Below are positions 10,203 through 19,883 of a stretch of DNA of 64,000 bases, in pieces. The notes beneath the pieces were generated by a model. The model saw nothing but the letters and a program-made list of their open reading frames with translations. It searched no databases and was not told the DNA's origin. Each line of letters starts with the position of its first letter. Within the stretch, counting starts at the first letter, position 1. Source of the DNA: Candidatus Krumholzibacteriia bacterium (GTDB taxonomy: Bacteria > Krumholzibacteriota > Krumholzibacteriia > Krumholzibacteriales > Krumholzibacteriaceae); NCBI GenBank assembly GCA_963836185.1, contig CAWIIQ010000001.1, positions 1,856,001 to 1,920,000 of the forward strand. Reading direction: 5' to 3'. Position numbers and translations under genes: made by a program.

Positions 10203-10835
10203 TTAGAGAGCTATGATAACGCCGCCGACAAGATCCATCTGCACGATGCCGGTGCCGCCGAAGCTCATCCCGCCCGTGCCGATCCCCAGGAACGCATCGG
10301 TGAAGGTGAACGGCATCTGCCCGGAAAACATCAGGCCGATCCTGTCATTGAGATAGACCTTGGCGCCGATGCTCAGGATGATCGAGAACTTGTAATCATC
10401 GTCATACCCGTCAACTATGTATCTCGTTGTTCCAAGCGTGAAGGCTGTGAAGGGCATGACCTTGCCCTTCTGCATCCCGGCGACGCCGCCGATGTGCCAG
10501 TACTCGACTCCGATTTTGCCTTCATCGTCAGTCTGGCCAGCATATTTAAACATCACTTTTGTATCCTGGCGCCTGTAGAGAAGACGGACCGCCATGCCCG
10601 GCTTCACATTGATATCACCGGCGATGCCCCAGAAATCTCCGCTCTCCAGGTCGACTTCTCCGCTGTAGGCCCCATAATAAGCGCTCTTGGACCATGTCCA
10701 GGCATATCCATACATCGGTATGATCTCTAGCTTATGGTCCTGCGCCGTGAACTCGAACCCGCTCTGCGCCCAGGCGGACGACGAGAAGAGCATAAGCCCG
10801 GCAAGGAGAAGAAGTACTGATTTACGATTCATCAC
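10203..10835 (-). CDS. small outer-membrane beta-barrel protein
   Basis: Sec signal peptide (SAWA|Q); alternating aromatic/Gly beta strands; hydrophobic C-terminal strand. Confidence 0.7.
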   Translation of the reverse strand: MMNRKSVLLLLAGLMLFSSSAWAQSGFEFTAQDHKLEIIPMYGYAWTWSKSAYYGAYSGEVDLESGDFWGIAGDINVKPGMAVRLLYRRQDTKVMFKYAGQTDDEGKIGVEYWHIGGVAGMQKGKVMPFTAFTLGTTRYIVDGYDDDYKFSIILSIGAKVYLNDRIGLMFSGQMPFTFTDAFLGIGTGGMSFGGTGIVQMDLVGGVIIAL

Positions 10836-11037
10836 TTAACCTCCGAATGTTAAAAGACTGCTGTATTGCAGTGGGTTGCCACATAGGGATTAAGCACTTT
10901 AGCCCCTCCCGAGTCAAGCAGGAACAGGCAACCTCACGGACACCGTGGGAGGATTACTCGAAAAAAAAGAGTTTACCGACGATAACGATTCTTATAATAT
11001 TCCGTTCCTACAGCTTACGAAAGGATGAGCAAAACTG

Positions 11038-11526
11038 ATGGCGATATTCTTGGCGAGACTGCTGCTGGCAGCCGTGCTTGTATTGATATATATAGCCTGG
11101 ACTGGATCGGCCAACGGATCGGACATCATTGTTGTATCCGCCGCAGCCCTGCTCGTCTCGCTCTTCTTCTCGAAGGTCCGGCGCCTGCCCCGGATCACCC
11201 CGGCACGGGTCGCCTGGTCGATCGCGTATATCGCCTATCTCTTCATAGCGATCGTAAAGGCCAACTTTGACGTCGCCAGCAGGATCGTCAGAATAAAGAT
11301 CCCCCTCAATCCCGGCATCGTCACAGTCCGTACAAGACTCAGCTCACCGCTTGGCAGGACCGTGCTGGCCAACTCGATAACTCTGACTCCAGGGACACTG
11401 TCGGTAGAGATAAAAGGCGATATACTATACGTACACTGGATCGACGTCGCGTCGACGGACCGGGAAGAAGCCACCGAGGAGATAGTCGCGGGTTTCGAGA
11501 AATACCTGGAGGTCATCTTTGGCTGA
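11038..11526 (+). CDS. MrpE/MbxA-like Na+/H+ antiporter subunit
   Basis: NPGIV and LANSITLTPGTL motifs; HWIDV. Confidence 0.92.
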   Translation: MAIFLARLLLAAVLVLIYIAWTGSANGSDIIVVSAAALLVSLFFSKVRRLPRITPARVAWSIAYIAYLFIAIVKANFDVASRIVRIKIPLNPGIVTVRTRLSSPLGRTVLANSITLTPGTLSVEIKGDILYVHWIDVASTDREEATEEIVAGFEKYLEVIFG

Positions 11527-11779
11527 GACGATCCTCCATATATCTCTCGTGATCTCTATGATGGGGATCCTCGTAGCAACGATCAGACTCTTCAAGGGTC
11601 CCGCTCCCTGTGACAGGGCGGTCGCTCTCGACACGATGACCCTCATCTCGATATCAACGATAGTCCTCGTAGCCCTTTTCGCCGGCAGAGTCATCTATCT
11701 CGACGCCGCTATGGTTTACGCGATACTGAGCTTCCTGGGAATCGTAGCGATAGCGCGACACATCGAGGGAGGCCTCTGA
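11519..11779 (+). CDS. MrpF/MbxB-like subunit
   Basis: GPxxxDRAVALD; three TM segments. Confidence 0.9.
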   Translation: MAETILHISLVISMMGILVATIRLFKGPAPCDRAVALDTMTLISISTIVLVALFAGRVIYLDAAMVYAILSFLGIVAIARHIEGGL

Positions 11780-12117
11780 TGGAGATCCTGAAGATGGCAG
11801 GAGCCCTCGTGACATTTGTCGGATCGCTTTTCCTCTTTCTCGGCGCAGTCGGGATATTGCGGATGCCCGACCTCTACAACCGGATGCAGGCAGGGACCAA
11901 GGCGACTACGCTCGGGACTATCCTCACCCTGCTCGGCATCGGCATCTACAATCCAGCCTGGCTCAGCAGGATGCTGCTGCTCGTAATATTCGTAGCAATC
12001 ACAAATCCGATATCATCACATGCCCTCGCGCGCGCAGCCCACTTTATCGGAGTACCTCTTACGAAGGGAAGCGTGTGCGACACCCTCGCCGACGATGAAG
12101 AGGGGGAAGACACATGA
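11779..12117 (+). CDS. MrpG/MbxC-like subunit
   Basis: RMPDLYNRMQAGTKATTLG and TNPISSHALARAA. Confidence 0.92.
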   Translation: MEILKMAGALVTFVGSLFLFLGAVGILRMPDLYNRMQAGTKATTLGTILTLLGIGIYNPAWLSRMLLLVIFVAITNPISSHALARAAHFIGVPLTKGSVCDTLADDEEGEDT

Positions 12118-12368
12118 CGATGACTTTACTCTTTATTGTAATCAGTGTCGTCATGCTGCTCGCTGCCCTTCTGGCTGTTCATATGAAGAGTCTTCTCGGC
12201 GCGGTCATTGCCGTCGGTGTGGTCAGCCTCTTTGTCAGCATACTCTTCCTCATTCTCGGAGCTCCCGACGTCGCCATGACGGAGGCTGCGATAGGCGCAG
12301 GCCTCTCGACGGTCATATTCCTGTTCGCCTTGAGCAGGACCGCGGGAAAGGACGCCGGCGATGATTAA
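12114..12368 (+). CDS. DUF4040/MbxD-like subunit
   Basis: APDVAMTEAAIGAG motif. Confidence 0.9.
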   Translation: MTMTLLFIVISVVMLLAALLAVHMKSLLGAVIAVGVVSLFVSILFLILGAPDVAMTEAAIGAGLSTVIFLFALSRTAGKDAGDD

Positions 12369-13059
12369 ACGCGTCCTGGTACTAGTGGTGCTCGCGTTCT
12401 TCCTCTTCCTGTTCCTCAGCAGGGTCTCGAGGATTGACACTCCCGTTCAGCTGACCGGGGTCGGGGCCGGTTATGTAGACAGGAGCCTCGGGGAGCTCAA
12501 CTCACCCAACGTCGTTACGGCGGTGGTCGTGACCTACAGGGGAATCGACACACTCGGAGAGATAAGCGTCCTCTTCCTCGCCGCGGCGGCGATATCCCTT
12601 CTGCTCAGATCCGCCTCGAAGAAGGATAGTGAGGGCGGCACAAAAGAAAAAAGACAGGCCAGCGAGATCCTCACTACGGGAACGGACTTCCTCGTACCGG
12701 TGATAGTCTTCTTCGGTGTCTACATATTCCTCAACGGGCACCTGTCTCCAGGGGGAGGATTCCAGGGCGGCGCTGTAGTGGCATCGGCGGTCCTCCTTCT
12801 CTTCCTCGCCTACCCGGATTTCAGGCTGAGGCATGGGATACTCACTGCTCTCGAATCACTTTCAGGGACGGCCTACGTCGTGATCGCGGTCCTGGGGCTG
12901 GTACTCGCCTCGGGATTCCTCGACAGCAGGCTGCTCGCACTCGGAGAGACGGGAAGGATAATAAGCGCGGGAACGATCCCGCTCATATATACGGTAATAG
13001 GCCTTAAGGTGGGCACCGAGCTCGCGGGGATCATCGAGAGCCTCGGAGGTGACAGATGA
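12361..13059 (+). CDS. MrpB-like subunit (MbhE+MbhF-type fusion, as in MBX/MBS)
   Basis: NVVTAVVVTYRGIDTLGE and GHLSPGGGFQGG. Confidence 0.9.
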   Translation: MIKRVLVLVVLAFFLFLFLSRVSRIDTPVQLTGVGAGYVDRSLGELNSPNVVTAVVVTYRGIDTLGEISVLFLAAAAISLLLRSASKKDSEGGTKEKRQASEILTTGTDFLVPVIVFFGVYIFLNGHLSPGGGFQGGAVVASAVLLLFLAYPDFRLRHGILTALESLSGTAYVVIAVLGLVLASGFLDSRLLALGETGRIISAGTIPLIYTVIGLKVGTELAGIIESLGGDR

Positions 13060-13397
13060 CCTCCCTTGCAATGATCACAGGCGGACTTCTCATGGCGGTA
13101 GGGTTCTGGGGGATCCTCACCAGAAGGAACCTCATAAGGATCATACTTTCCCTTGCCATAGCCGAGACGGGGCTGCACCTCGTAATGATAGCGGTCGGAT
13201 ACGTGCGCGCGGGAAAGGCTCCGATACTCGACCAGGCCGCCGCGGGTCAGACCGTCGATCCTGTGCCGCAGGCGCTGGTCCTGACGGCGATCGTGATCGG
13301 TGTGGCAGTCAACGCCCTCCTGCTCGCACTCGTGATCAGGCTCTACAGGAAAAAGGGCACGCTGAACGTTGAGGACTTCAGGGAGCTGAAATGGTAA
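13056..13397 (+). CDS. MrpC/MbxG-like subunit
   Basis: DPVPQALVLTAIVIG. Confidence 0.92.
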   Translation: MTSLAMITGGLLMAVGFWGILTRRNLIRIILSLAIAETGLHLVMIAVGYVRAGKAPILDQAAAGQTVDPVPQALVLTAIVIGVAVNALLLALVIRLYRKKGTLNVEDFRELKW

Positions 13398-16300
13398 ACC
13401 CTGTATGGATAATCGCGGCAGGCCTCGGCGCCGCATTCCTCATGCCGCTTGCTGAAAAGGCGGGCAGGCCGGTGATGCGCCTGCTTATATCAGCCGCGCT
13501 GCTCTTTATGACATACATACCGGTGAGGCATTTCATCGAGATCGTGTTCTGCCGTGCCGACGCTGTGATGGTATATACGGCCGGGTTCCGGCCTCCGTTC
13601 TCAATCGTACTCAGGATGGGCGCGGAAGAAGCAGCGCTGGCAGCGGCGGCAGGGCTGCTCGCTCTACTCGGTTATCTGTATATGAACAGGCAGCTCGGCA
13701 GCGGAGGGAGCGCCGCCCACTCTCTCTTTCTTCTCTTCGTCATGGGTATCGACGGTATGGTGATGACGAGGGACCTATTCAATCTCTTCGTCTTCCTCGA
13801 GGTCTTGGCGATATCGAGCTATGCTCTGATCGCGATGGAAGGCTCGCTGAGATCGATATCCGCCGCGCTGAAGTACGCTCTGGCCGGCGGGGTCGCGACG
13901 ATCTTCCTCCTCATAGGGATAATCTTCCTCTACAGGGCCGGGGGATCACTCGACATCGACCTTCTCGCCTCATCGGCAGCTGCCGCTGCAGCGCCGGTGG
14001 CCGCCTTCATGCTCGTCTTCGCCCTCCTCATAGAGTCGAAGCAGTTCCCGGCCAACGGGTGGGCCCTCGATGTCTACGAGGCGGCAGATCCTGGAATGGC
14101 CGCGATGATATCGGCCGGTTCGACAGGCGCGGTGCTCTTCGCTCTCTGGAAGATCATCCCCCTGGCCGGAGAGACCTGGTACGGCGTGATAGCGATCGCG
14201 GGTATAGCGACATTTGTGCTCTCCAACCTGATGGGCCTCAAGCAGACCAGCGTCAGAAGAATGCTCGGCTATTCGTCTGTTGCCCAGACCGGACTTATCA
14301 TATTCGTCATAGGAGTCGGCAGGATATCTGACTTCTCCGCAGGGACCTGGGGATTTATCCTCGCTGCCCTCTTCTTCAACCATTTCCTGGCCAAGGCGGG
14401 CCTGTTCTGGCTGGCAGGGATCATCGGACGAGATCGCATCAACGAGTGGAAGGCCATAGCAGGACGCCCCCTTCTGCTCGCTCTCATGGGGTTGTTCATC
14501 ATCTCACTCGTCGGGATTCCGCCGTTGGCAGGCTTCTGGGGAAAATACGCCCTGATAATGAGGCTGCACGGCGAAGGCGAATGGATATTCAGGGGACTCG
14601 TCCTTCTCGGCTCTCTTCTCGAGGCGGCCTACCTGCTCAGGTGGTTCGGTTACGCCGTTGGCGGAGAGAGATCCGGCAATGAGGAGATCTCGATAAGCTT
14701 CTCATCGATACTGCCTCCGGTATTCTTCGCCGTACTGTCTCTGGCCACAGCCTGGTTCCTCTCGATACACTCTCTCGGCGATCCTCCCCTCTTTATGGCT
14801 GTCCTGCTCGCCGGCATCATACTCTTCGCCCTCGGCAGGCTCCCCGATATGATAAAGGGGCTCCTCTCGACAGGAGCCATTGGCTGGCTGGCCTGGCATA
14901 TCATCCCGGCTTCATCGGGCTATCCCCAGTTCTTCGCCGGAGTTTTCCTGATCGGAGGAGGAGTGATCCTTATCGCTTCGATGGCGAGGCGAGGACACTC
15001 TTTCGGCTTCCACGCGCTGGTAGTGACGATGCTCGGCTCTCTCGCCGGCCTCACGACGGCGGCGGGGCCGGCTGAGTTCTTCATTTGCTGGGAACTGATG
15101 ACTGTATCTTCATATCTTCTCATACTCCGGGGCAGGAAAGCCGGTCTGCCCGCGATGATGTATATCCTCTTTTCGCTCGGAGGAGCATACCTACTTCTCG
15201 CAGGACTGGCCGCGGGCAAGCCGCCAGGTTCAGGCTGGGCGGGATTCTCCGGAGGTTGGGAAAACTTCACCTGGACCGCTGCGGCCCTTTCTCTCGCCGC
15301 GGCCGGCTTCCTCGTAAAGGCCGCGACTCTCGGTGCCCATATCTGGGCCCCCGGCTCATACGCGGAAGCGGAAGACGACGCGAGCCCGATCCTCTCAGGG
15401 GTCCTTTCAAAGGCCGGGATATTCGGGCTAGTCACAGCGTTCAGTGCCGCTGCCGCCTCAGGTCTCGAAGCTGACACACTCTACACTATAATCGGATGGC
15501 TCGGGGCGCTGACCGCCCTCTTTGCCACGCTGTACGCATGTTTCCAGGAAGACATGAAGAAACTGCTCGCGTGGTCGAGCATCGGCCAGGTCGGGTACAT
15601 CGTGCTCGGGCTCGCCGCGATGAACAACATGGGATGGACCGCGGCAGCCTGGCAGACTGTCGCCCATCTGCTTTTCAAGGGACTTCTCTTCCTTGCCATC
15701 GCCGGCGTGATACTTCGCACCGGCACGCGGAACATGTACGAGACGGGCGGACTGATCAAGAAGATGCCGGCGACCTTCATCTCGGTCCTGATCGGGATAA
15801 TCGCCCTTTCCGGCGTCCCCCCGCTGACCGGTTTCGCGGCGAAGTGGCTGCTCTACCAGGCGCTGATCGAGAGGGGCTGGTATCTGCAGGCGGGGATGGC
15901 CTTCTTCTCGAGCACTATCGCCTTCCTATACTGCTTCAGGCTGATACACGCGATATTCCTCGGTCAGGCTAAACCGAAGCACGCCCATGTGAAGGAAGCC
16001 CCGATCCTGATGCTGATCCCTCAGTACATCCTGATAATGGGGATAATGCTTTTCTCGACCTTCCCCGGCAGGCTGATCCAGCCCGCCTCGGCCATGGCAT
16101 CGAAGCTCTTCCCATCCCCGTTCGTATGGGACGGCTTCTCCGTGTCGACGCCGCTCGGACATCTCAACGGGACATTCCTGATGCTCCTGGTCTGCGCCCT
16201 CTTCGGCCTGATGCTCCTCTTCCTTCTGCTGAAGGGACCGAGGCCGAGAAAGATCGGGCAGCTAAATATAGTATTCGCCGCGGAGAGGCCGGAGTCTCCG

Positions 16301-16522
16301 GCGACGACGCACTACGCGTGGGCATTCTTCGAACCGTACCGCCGCGCCGTCTCGCCGGTCCTCAAACCGCTCGTCAGAAATTTCTGGGAAGGGGTCTGTG
16401 AGTGGACGGTCACGCTCGGAGCGATGCTCAGGCACATATATACAGGTAACGCGCAGACCAACCTGCTCTTTATCCTCATTTACGGTATCGCGCTCTTCTT
16501 CATCTCGGGAGGCTCACTATGA
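13391..16522 (+). CDS. fused tandem antiporter-like proton-pumping subunits (MbxH + MbxH')
   Basis: 1043 aa with two MrpD/NuoM-like modules: DLFNLFVFLEV..RMLGYSS..GIPPLAGF and EFFICWELMT..KLLAWSS..GVPPLTGF. Confidence 0.88.
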   Translation: MVNPVWIIAAGLGAAFLMPLAEKAGRPVMRLLISAALLFMTYIPVRHFIEIVFCRADAVMVYTAGFRPPFSIVLRMGAEEAALAAAAGLLALLGYLYMNRQLGSGGSAAHSLFLLFVMGIDGMVMTRDLFNLFVFLEVLAISSYALIAMEGSLRSISAALKYALAGGVATIFLLIGIIFLYRAGGSLDIDLLASSAAAAAAPVAAFMLVFALLIESKQFPANGWALDVYEAADPGMAAMISAGSTGAVLFALWKIIPLAGETWYGVIAIAGIATFVLSNLMGLKQTSVRRMLGYSSVAQTGLIIFVIGVGRISDFSAGTWGFILAALFFNHFLAKAGLFWLAGIIGRDRINEWKAIAGRPLLLALMGLFIISLVGIPPLAGFWGKYALIMRLHGEGEWIFRGLVLLGSLLEAAYLLRWFGYAVGGERSGNEEISISFSSILPPVFFAVLSLATAWFLSIHSLGDPPLFMAVLLAGIILFALGRLPDMIKGLLSTGAIGWLAWHIIPASSGYPQFFAGVFLIGGGVILIASMARRGHSFGFHALVVTMLGSLAGLTTAAGPAEFFICWELMTVSSYLLILRGRKAGLPAMMYILFSLGGAYLLLAGLAAGKPPGSGWAGFSGGWENFTWTAAALSLAAAGFLVKAATLGAHIWAPGSYAEAEDDASPILSGVLSKAGIFGLVTAFSAAAASGLEADTLYTIIGWLGALTALFATLYACFQEDMKKLLAWSSIGQVGYIVLGLAAMNNMGWTAAAWQTVAHLLFKGLLFLAIAGVILRTGTRNMYETGGLIKKMPATFISVLIGIIALSGVPPLTGFAAKWLLYQALIERGWYLQAGMAFFSSTIAFLYCFRLIHAIFLGQAKPKHAHVKEAPILMLIPQYILIMGIMLFSTFPGRLIQPASAMASKLFPSPFVWDGFSVSTPLGHLNGTFLMLLVCALFGLMLLFLLLKGPRPRKIGQLNIVFAAERPESPATTHYAWAFFEPYRRAVSPVLKPLVRNFWEGVCEWTVTLGAMLRHIYTGNAQTNLLFILIYGIALFFISGGSL

Positions 16523-17433
16523 ACCGCGAGCTCCTCGTGATGATCGGGAAGGCGATCGCCTCCCTCTTCCTTATCGCTAATTACGGCCTGATTCTCTCTG
16601 GCGTGATGTACAAGATCATAGCGAGAGTGCACGGCCGGTACGGCCCCCCTGTCTGGCAGCCGTATATCAACCTCTTCAAGCTCCTCTCGATGAGGACCGC
16701 CGTCTCGCACGGGATCATGTTCTATCTCGGCCCTGTTTTCCGGATCACGGGAGGCGTCGGACTCTACCTCCTGATCCCCGCGGTATACGGTTCCTCATGG
16801 CTGAGCAACTTCAGCTTCACAGGTGACGTCATCCTCGTGATGTACTTCATATTCTTCGGGATGCTCGGGATGGCTCTCGGCGCCGCCGAGAGCGGCCACC
16901 CCTATTCGGCGATCGGCGTGATGAGGGGACTGGTGCAGAACACGGCATCGGAGCTCCCCTTCGTGCTTGCCGTCCTGGCACTCGTCGCTCAATACAAGAC
17001 GCTTTCCATAACTGGTATCGTCGCGGCCCAGCAGGGCGGCTTCGCCAACTGGACGGTATTCACAAATCCGCTCGCTACGATCGCGGCGATGCTCGCGTTT
17101 ATCGGCATGATGCACAGGTCGCCGTTCGACGTACACCTCGCTCCGCAGGAGATCCCGGTCGGTCCGCCGACCGAGTTCCACAGCAGCTATCTGTTCATGA
17201 TGTCGCTGAACCGCTCCTTCTTCGGCTCGGCAAAACTCGTTCTCTTCGCCAACCTCTTCTTCGGAGGAGCGACCTCCATCCCGGAGCTTGTCGCGAAGAC
17301 GTTCCTTATAATGCTATGGACGGTCTTCGTAGGAGCCGTATTCCCGCGCTACCGCCTCGAGCAGTCGGTGCGATGGCTCCTCAAGGTACCGACACTTATC
17401 GGATTACTGGCGCTGGCGCTGCAGATGTTTTAA
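16519..17433 (+). CDS. NuoH/MbxM-like membrane anchor subunit
   Basis: ARVHGRYGPPVWQP, RSPFD..APQEI..GPPTEF and PRYRLEQ. Confidence 0.9.
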   Translation: MNRELLVMIGKAIASLFLIANYGLILSGVMYKIIARVHGRYGPPVWQPYINLFKLLSMRTAVSHGIMFYLGPVFRITGGVGLYLLIPAVYGSSWLSNFSFTGDVILVMYFIFFGMLGMALGAAESGHPYSAIGVMRGLVQNTASELPFVLAVLALVAQYKTLSITGIVAAQQGGFANWTVFTNPLATIAAMLAFIGMMHRSPFDVHLAPQEIPVGPPTEFHSSYLFMMSLNRSFFGSAKLVLFANLFFGGATSIPELVAKTFLIMLWTVFVGAVFPRYRLEQSVRWLLKVPTLIGLLALALQMF

Positions 17434-17444
17434 AGGACAGCAAT

Positions 17445-18101
17445 ATGGATGACCAGAAGATGAAACACAGATCACCCGTCCCGGAAGAGGAACTCCTCTC
17501 CCCCGACTCTTTCCTCGCTCCCGAGGAACGAGGTCTCTTCTGCCAGGACAGGCCCGAGCCGGCAGAGCCGTCGAAGATCAAGATCGTCCGCGACTTCTGC
17601 AACTGGGCACAGGCCAACTCGGTATTCATCCTCGCCTTCGGAACGGGATGCGGGGCGATAGAGATGAGGCCGCTCTTTACGGCTCGCTACGACATCTCCC
17701 GCTACGGGATGTTCCCGAGGCCGACCCCGAGGATGTCCGGCCTGTTTATCATCGGCGGATACGCGTCGGTCAAGACGATGAAGAGGATCGTGCGAAGCTA
17801 CGAGCAGATGCAGAATCCCAAGTTCGTGATGGGGCTGGGAAGCTGCACTGTCAACGGCGGGATGTACTGGGACAGCTATAATACAGTGAAGAGACTCGAT
17901 CATTACATACCGGTCGACACATATGTCGCCGGATGCATGCCAAGGCCCGAATCGCTGATAGCGGGATTCGGCCGTATCAAGGAACTCATCAAGGAAGGCA
18001 AGGCCGAGGGCGCGAACGAGTACGCGAAGAACTTCGAATGGTACAAGCGCAATCAGCGAAGGATCATCAAGGACTGGAACATGCCGGAGTACAACTGGTA
18101 G
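17445..18101 (+). CDS. NuoB/MbxJ-like Fe-S subunit
   Basis: FGTGCGAIEM, GSCTVNGGMYWDSY and GCMPRPE; ATG 17445 preceded by AAGGA. Confidence 0.9.
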   Translation: MDDQKMKHRSPVPEEELLSPDSFLAPEERGLFCQDRPEPAEPSKIKIVRDFCNWAQANSVFILAFGTGCGAIEMRPLFTARYDISRYGMFPRPTPRMSGLFIIGGYASVKTMKRIVRSYEQMQNPKFVMGLGSCTVNGGMYWDSYNTVKRLDHYIPVDTYVAGCMPRPESLIAGFGRIKELIKEGKAEGANEYAKNFEWYKRNQRRIIKDWNMPEYNW

Positions 18102-18106
18102 TCGAT

Positions 18107-18712
18107 ATGGAAAAGACACTGAAGATACTGGAGCAGCGATTCGAGGGAAAGGATCCCCGCGTCAGGCGCGGCGACCTCTCCTTCATCTCAATTCCGAAGA
18201 AACATGCCGTTGAAGCGGTGATGTGGATGCGCGACCACGGAGGATTCACGCACCTCGTGATGATATCCTGCGTCGACCGGATCGAGGATGAAGTATTCGA
18301 ACTCATCTACCTGCTTAACAATCCTGGCGAACGGATCGATATCGGCATATGCGTCGAGATCAGCCGCGATGGGGCCGTGATGGAAAGCATGCATCACCTC
18401 TGGGCGGGCGTGAGGGTCTATCAGCGGGAGATGCGGGAGATGTTCGGGATAGATTTTCCGGGAAGCCCGGGCGTCGAAGAGCCGATGATCCTCGAAGGGT
18501 GGGACGATATCCCCCCGATGAGGCGGGACTTCGATACTCTCGAGTACGCGGAGAGGACATATTATCCCCGGGAGGGGCGTTCGACGTGCGACCCGGCATC
18601 CGAGATGGAAGAACGCTCGTATCCTCTCGAGGCCGACGTCAAGCGAGGCATCAGGAAGCTTACGAGATCGGGATACGGCGATAATGGGGAAAAGACAAAG
18701 GAAAAGGAATGA
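18107..18712 (+). CDS. NuoC/MbxK-like subunit
   Basis: YQREMREMFGIDFPG and PPMRRDFD; ATG at 18107. Confidence 0.88.
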   Translation: MEKTLKILEQRFEGKDPRVRRGDLSFISIPKKHAVEAVMWMRDHGGFTHLVMISCVDRIEDEVFELIYLLNNPGERIDIGICVEISRDGAVMESMHHLWAGVRVYQREMREMFGIDFPGSPGVEEPMILEGWDDIPPMRRDFDTLEYAERTYYPREGRSTCDPASEMEERSYPLEADVKRGIRKLTRSGYGDNGEKTKEKE

Positions 18713-19881
18713 CCGGCGCCGACGAACATAAAGATCCCTGGTACCCCTTCTGGGCGGAGCGCCCGCACTGCGACCTCGAGTCGGAGAAGTACCTGAAGAT
18801 CTGGCAGGGGCCCCAGCATCCCGGCGTCACCGGGAACATGGCGCTCGAGCTCACTGTCGAAGGTGACATCGTCGCGGACTGCAAGGTCCACGTCGGATAC
18901 CTGCACAGGGGATTCGAGAAACTGATGGAACGAAGGAAGTATATGAACTGCTTCCCGATCGTATGCCGGATCTGCGTCCCCGAACCTGACTACAACGAGT
19001 ACCTCTTCGCCTCCGCCACAGAAGAGCTGGCCGGCGTAGAGATCCCCGAGAGAGCGAAATGGATCCGGGCCCTGACGCTCGAGCTCGCGAGGATCGCCTC
19101 ACTGACCATGGGCCTCGGCGGCCAGGCAGGGTCCTTCGGCCTCGGCACGGTCGGCCAGTGGTGCATAGTCCACCGCGATTACGTGCTCGACCTGTTCGAG
19201 GAGCTCTCGGGACACCGGATATATCACATGTACATCCTGCCCGGCGGCGTCAGGCACGACCTCACTCCAGGTTTCAGGGAAAAGACCGATGCGGTCCTTC
19301 TCAAGATAGAGAAACTGATGGACGACGTTCAGAAAGTACTCTTCGATAACGCCGTGATCAAGGCAAGGACCAACGGACTGGGCATAATACCGAACGAATG
19401 GATCGATCCGTTCGGCATAGTCGGCACCAACGCGAGGGCGGCAGGCGGCGACAGGGACGTTCGAAAGGACCATCCTTACCTCGTCTATGACCAGCTCGAC
19501 TTCGACACGATAGTCGGAGACCTCTCCGATGCCTACGGCCGGTCGTTGCTTCGCAAGAGAGAGATCCTGATGGCCTGCGATCTGGTCAGGCAGATATTGA
19601 AGAATATGCCTGAGGGCCCGGTAAGGACGAAGCTGCCCAATCCCCTTCACTGGAGGATCCCGGCAGGCGAGACATACGTTCGAGCGGAATCGGGGCGCGG
19701 GGAGATGGGATATTTCATAGCCTCGGACGGAAGCGGATTCCCGAGACGCGTACATGTGCGCGGCCCGAGCTATACGCACGCGATGGCACTCTTCGAGGAA
19801 CTTATCAGGGGCATCAGCATTGCCGACGTCGCCGGACTGATGACATCTCTCCAGACATGCCCGCCGGAGATAGAAAGATAG
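18709..19881 (+). CDS. NuoD/MbxL(MbsL)-like large subunit, no NiFe site
   Basis: GPQHP, GYLHRGFEK, RICVPEPD (Cys89) and C-terminal TCPPEIER (Cys384). The second Cys of each hydrogenase CxxC is Glu. Confidence 0.9.
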   Translation: MTGADEHKDPWYPFWAERPHCDLESEKYLKIWQGPQHPGVTGNMALELTVEGDIVADCKVHVGYLHRGFEKLMERRKYMNCFPIVCRICVPEPDYNEYLFASATEELAGVEIPERAKWIRALTLELARIASLTMGLGGQAGSFGLGTVGQWCIVHRDYVLDLFEELSGHRIYHMYILPGGVRHDLTPGFREKTDAVLLKIEKLMDDVQKVLFDNAVIKARTNGLGIIPNEWIDPFGIVGTNARAAGGDRDVRKDHPYLVYDQLDFDTIVGDLSDAYGRSLLRKREILMACDLVRQILKNMPEGPVRTKLPNPLHWRIPAGETYVRAESGRGEMGYFIASDGSGFPRRVHVRGPSYTHAMALFEELIRGISIADVAGLMTSLQTCPPEIER

Positions 19882-19883
19882 AT

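Noticed and set aside
17445-19881. Group 4 [NiFe] hydrogenase or canonical complex I
   Set aside because: The large subunit lacks the second Cys of both CxxC motifs, the small subunit lacks both CxxC and NuoB tandem CC, and there are no maturation genes or nuoA/J/K/EFG.
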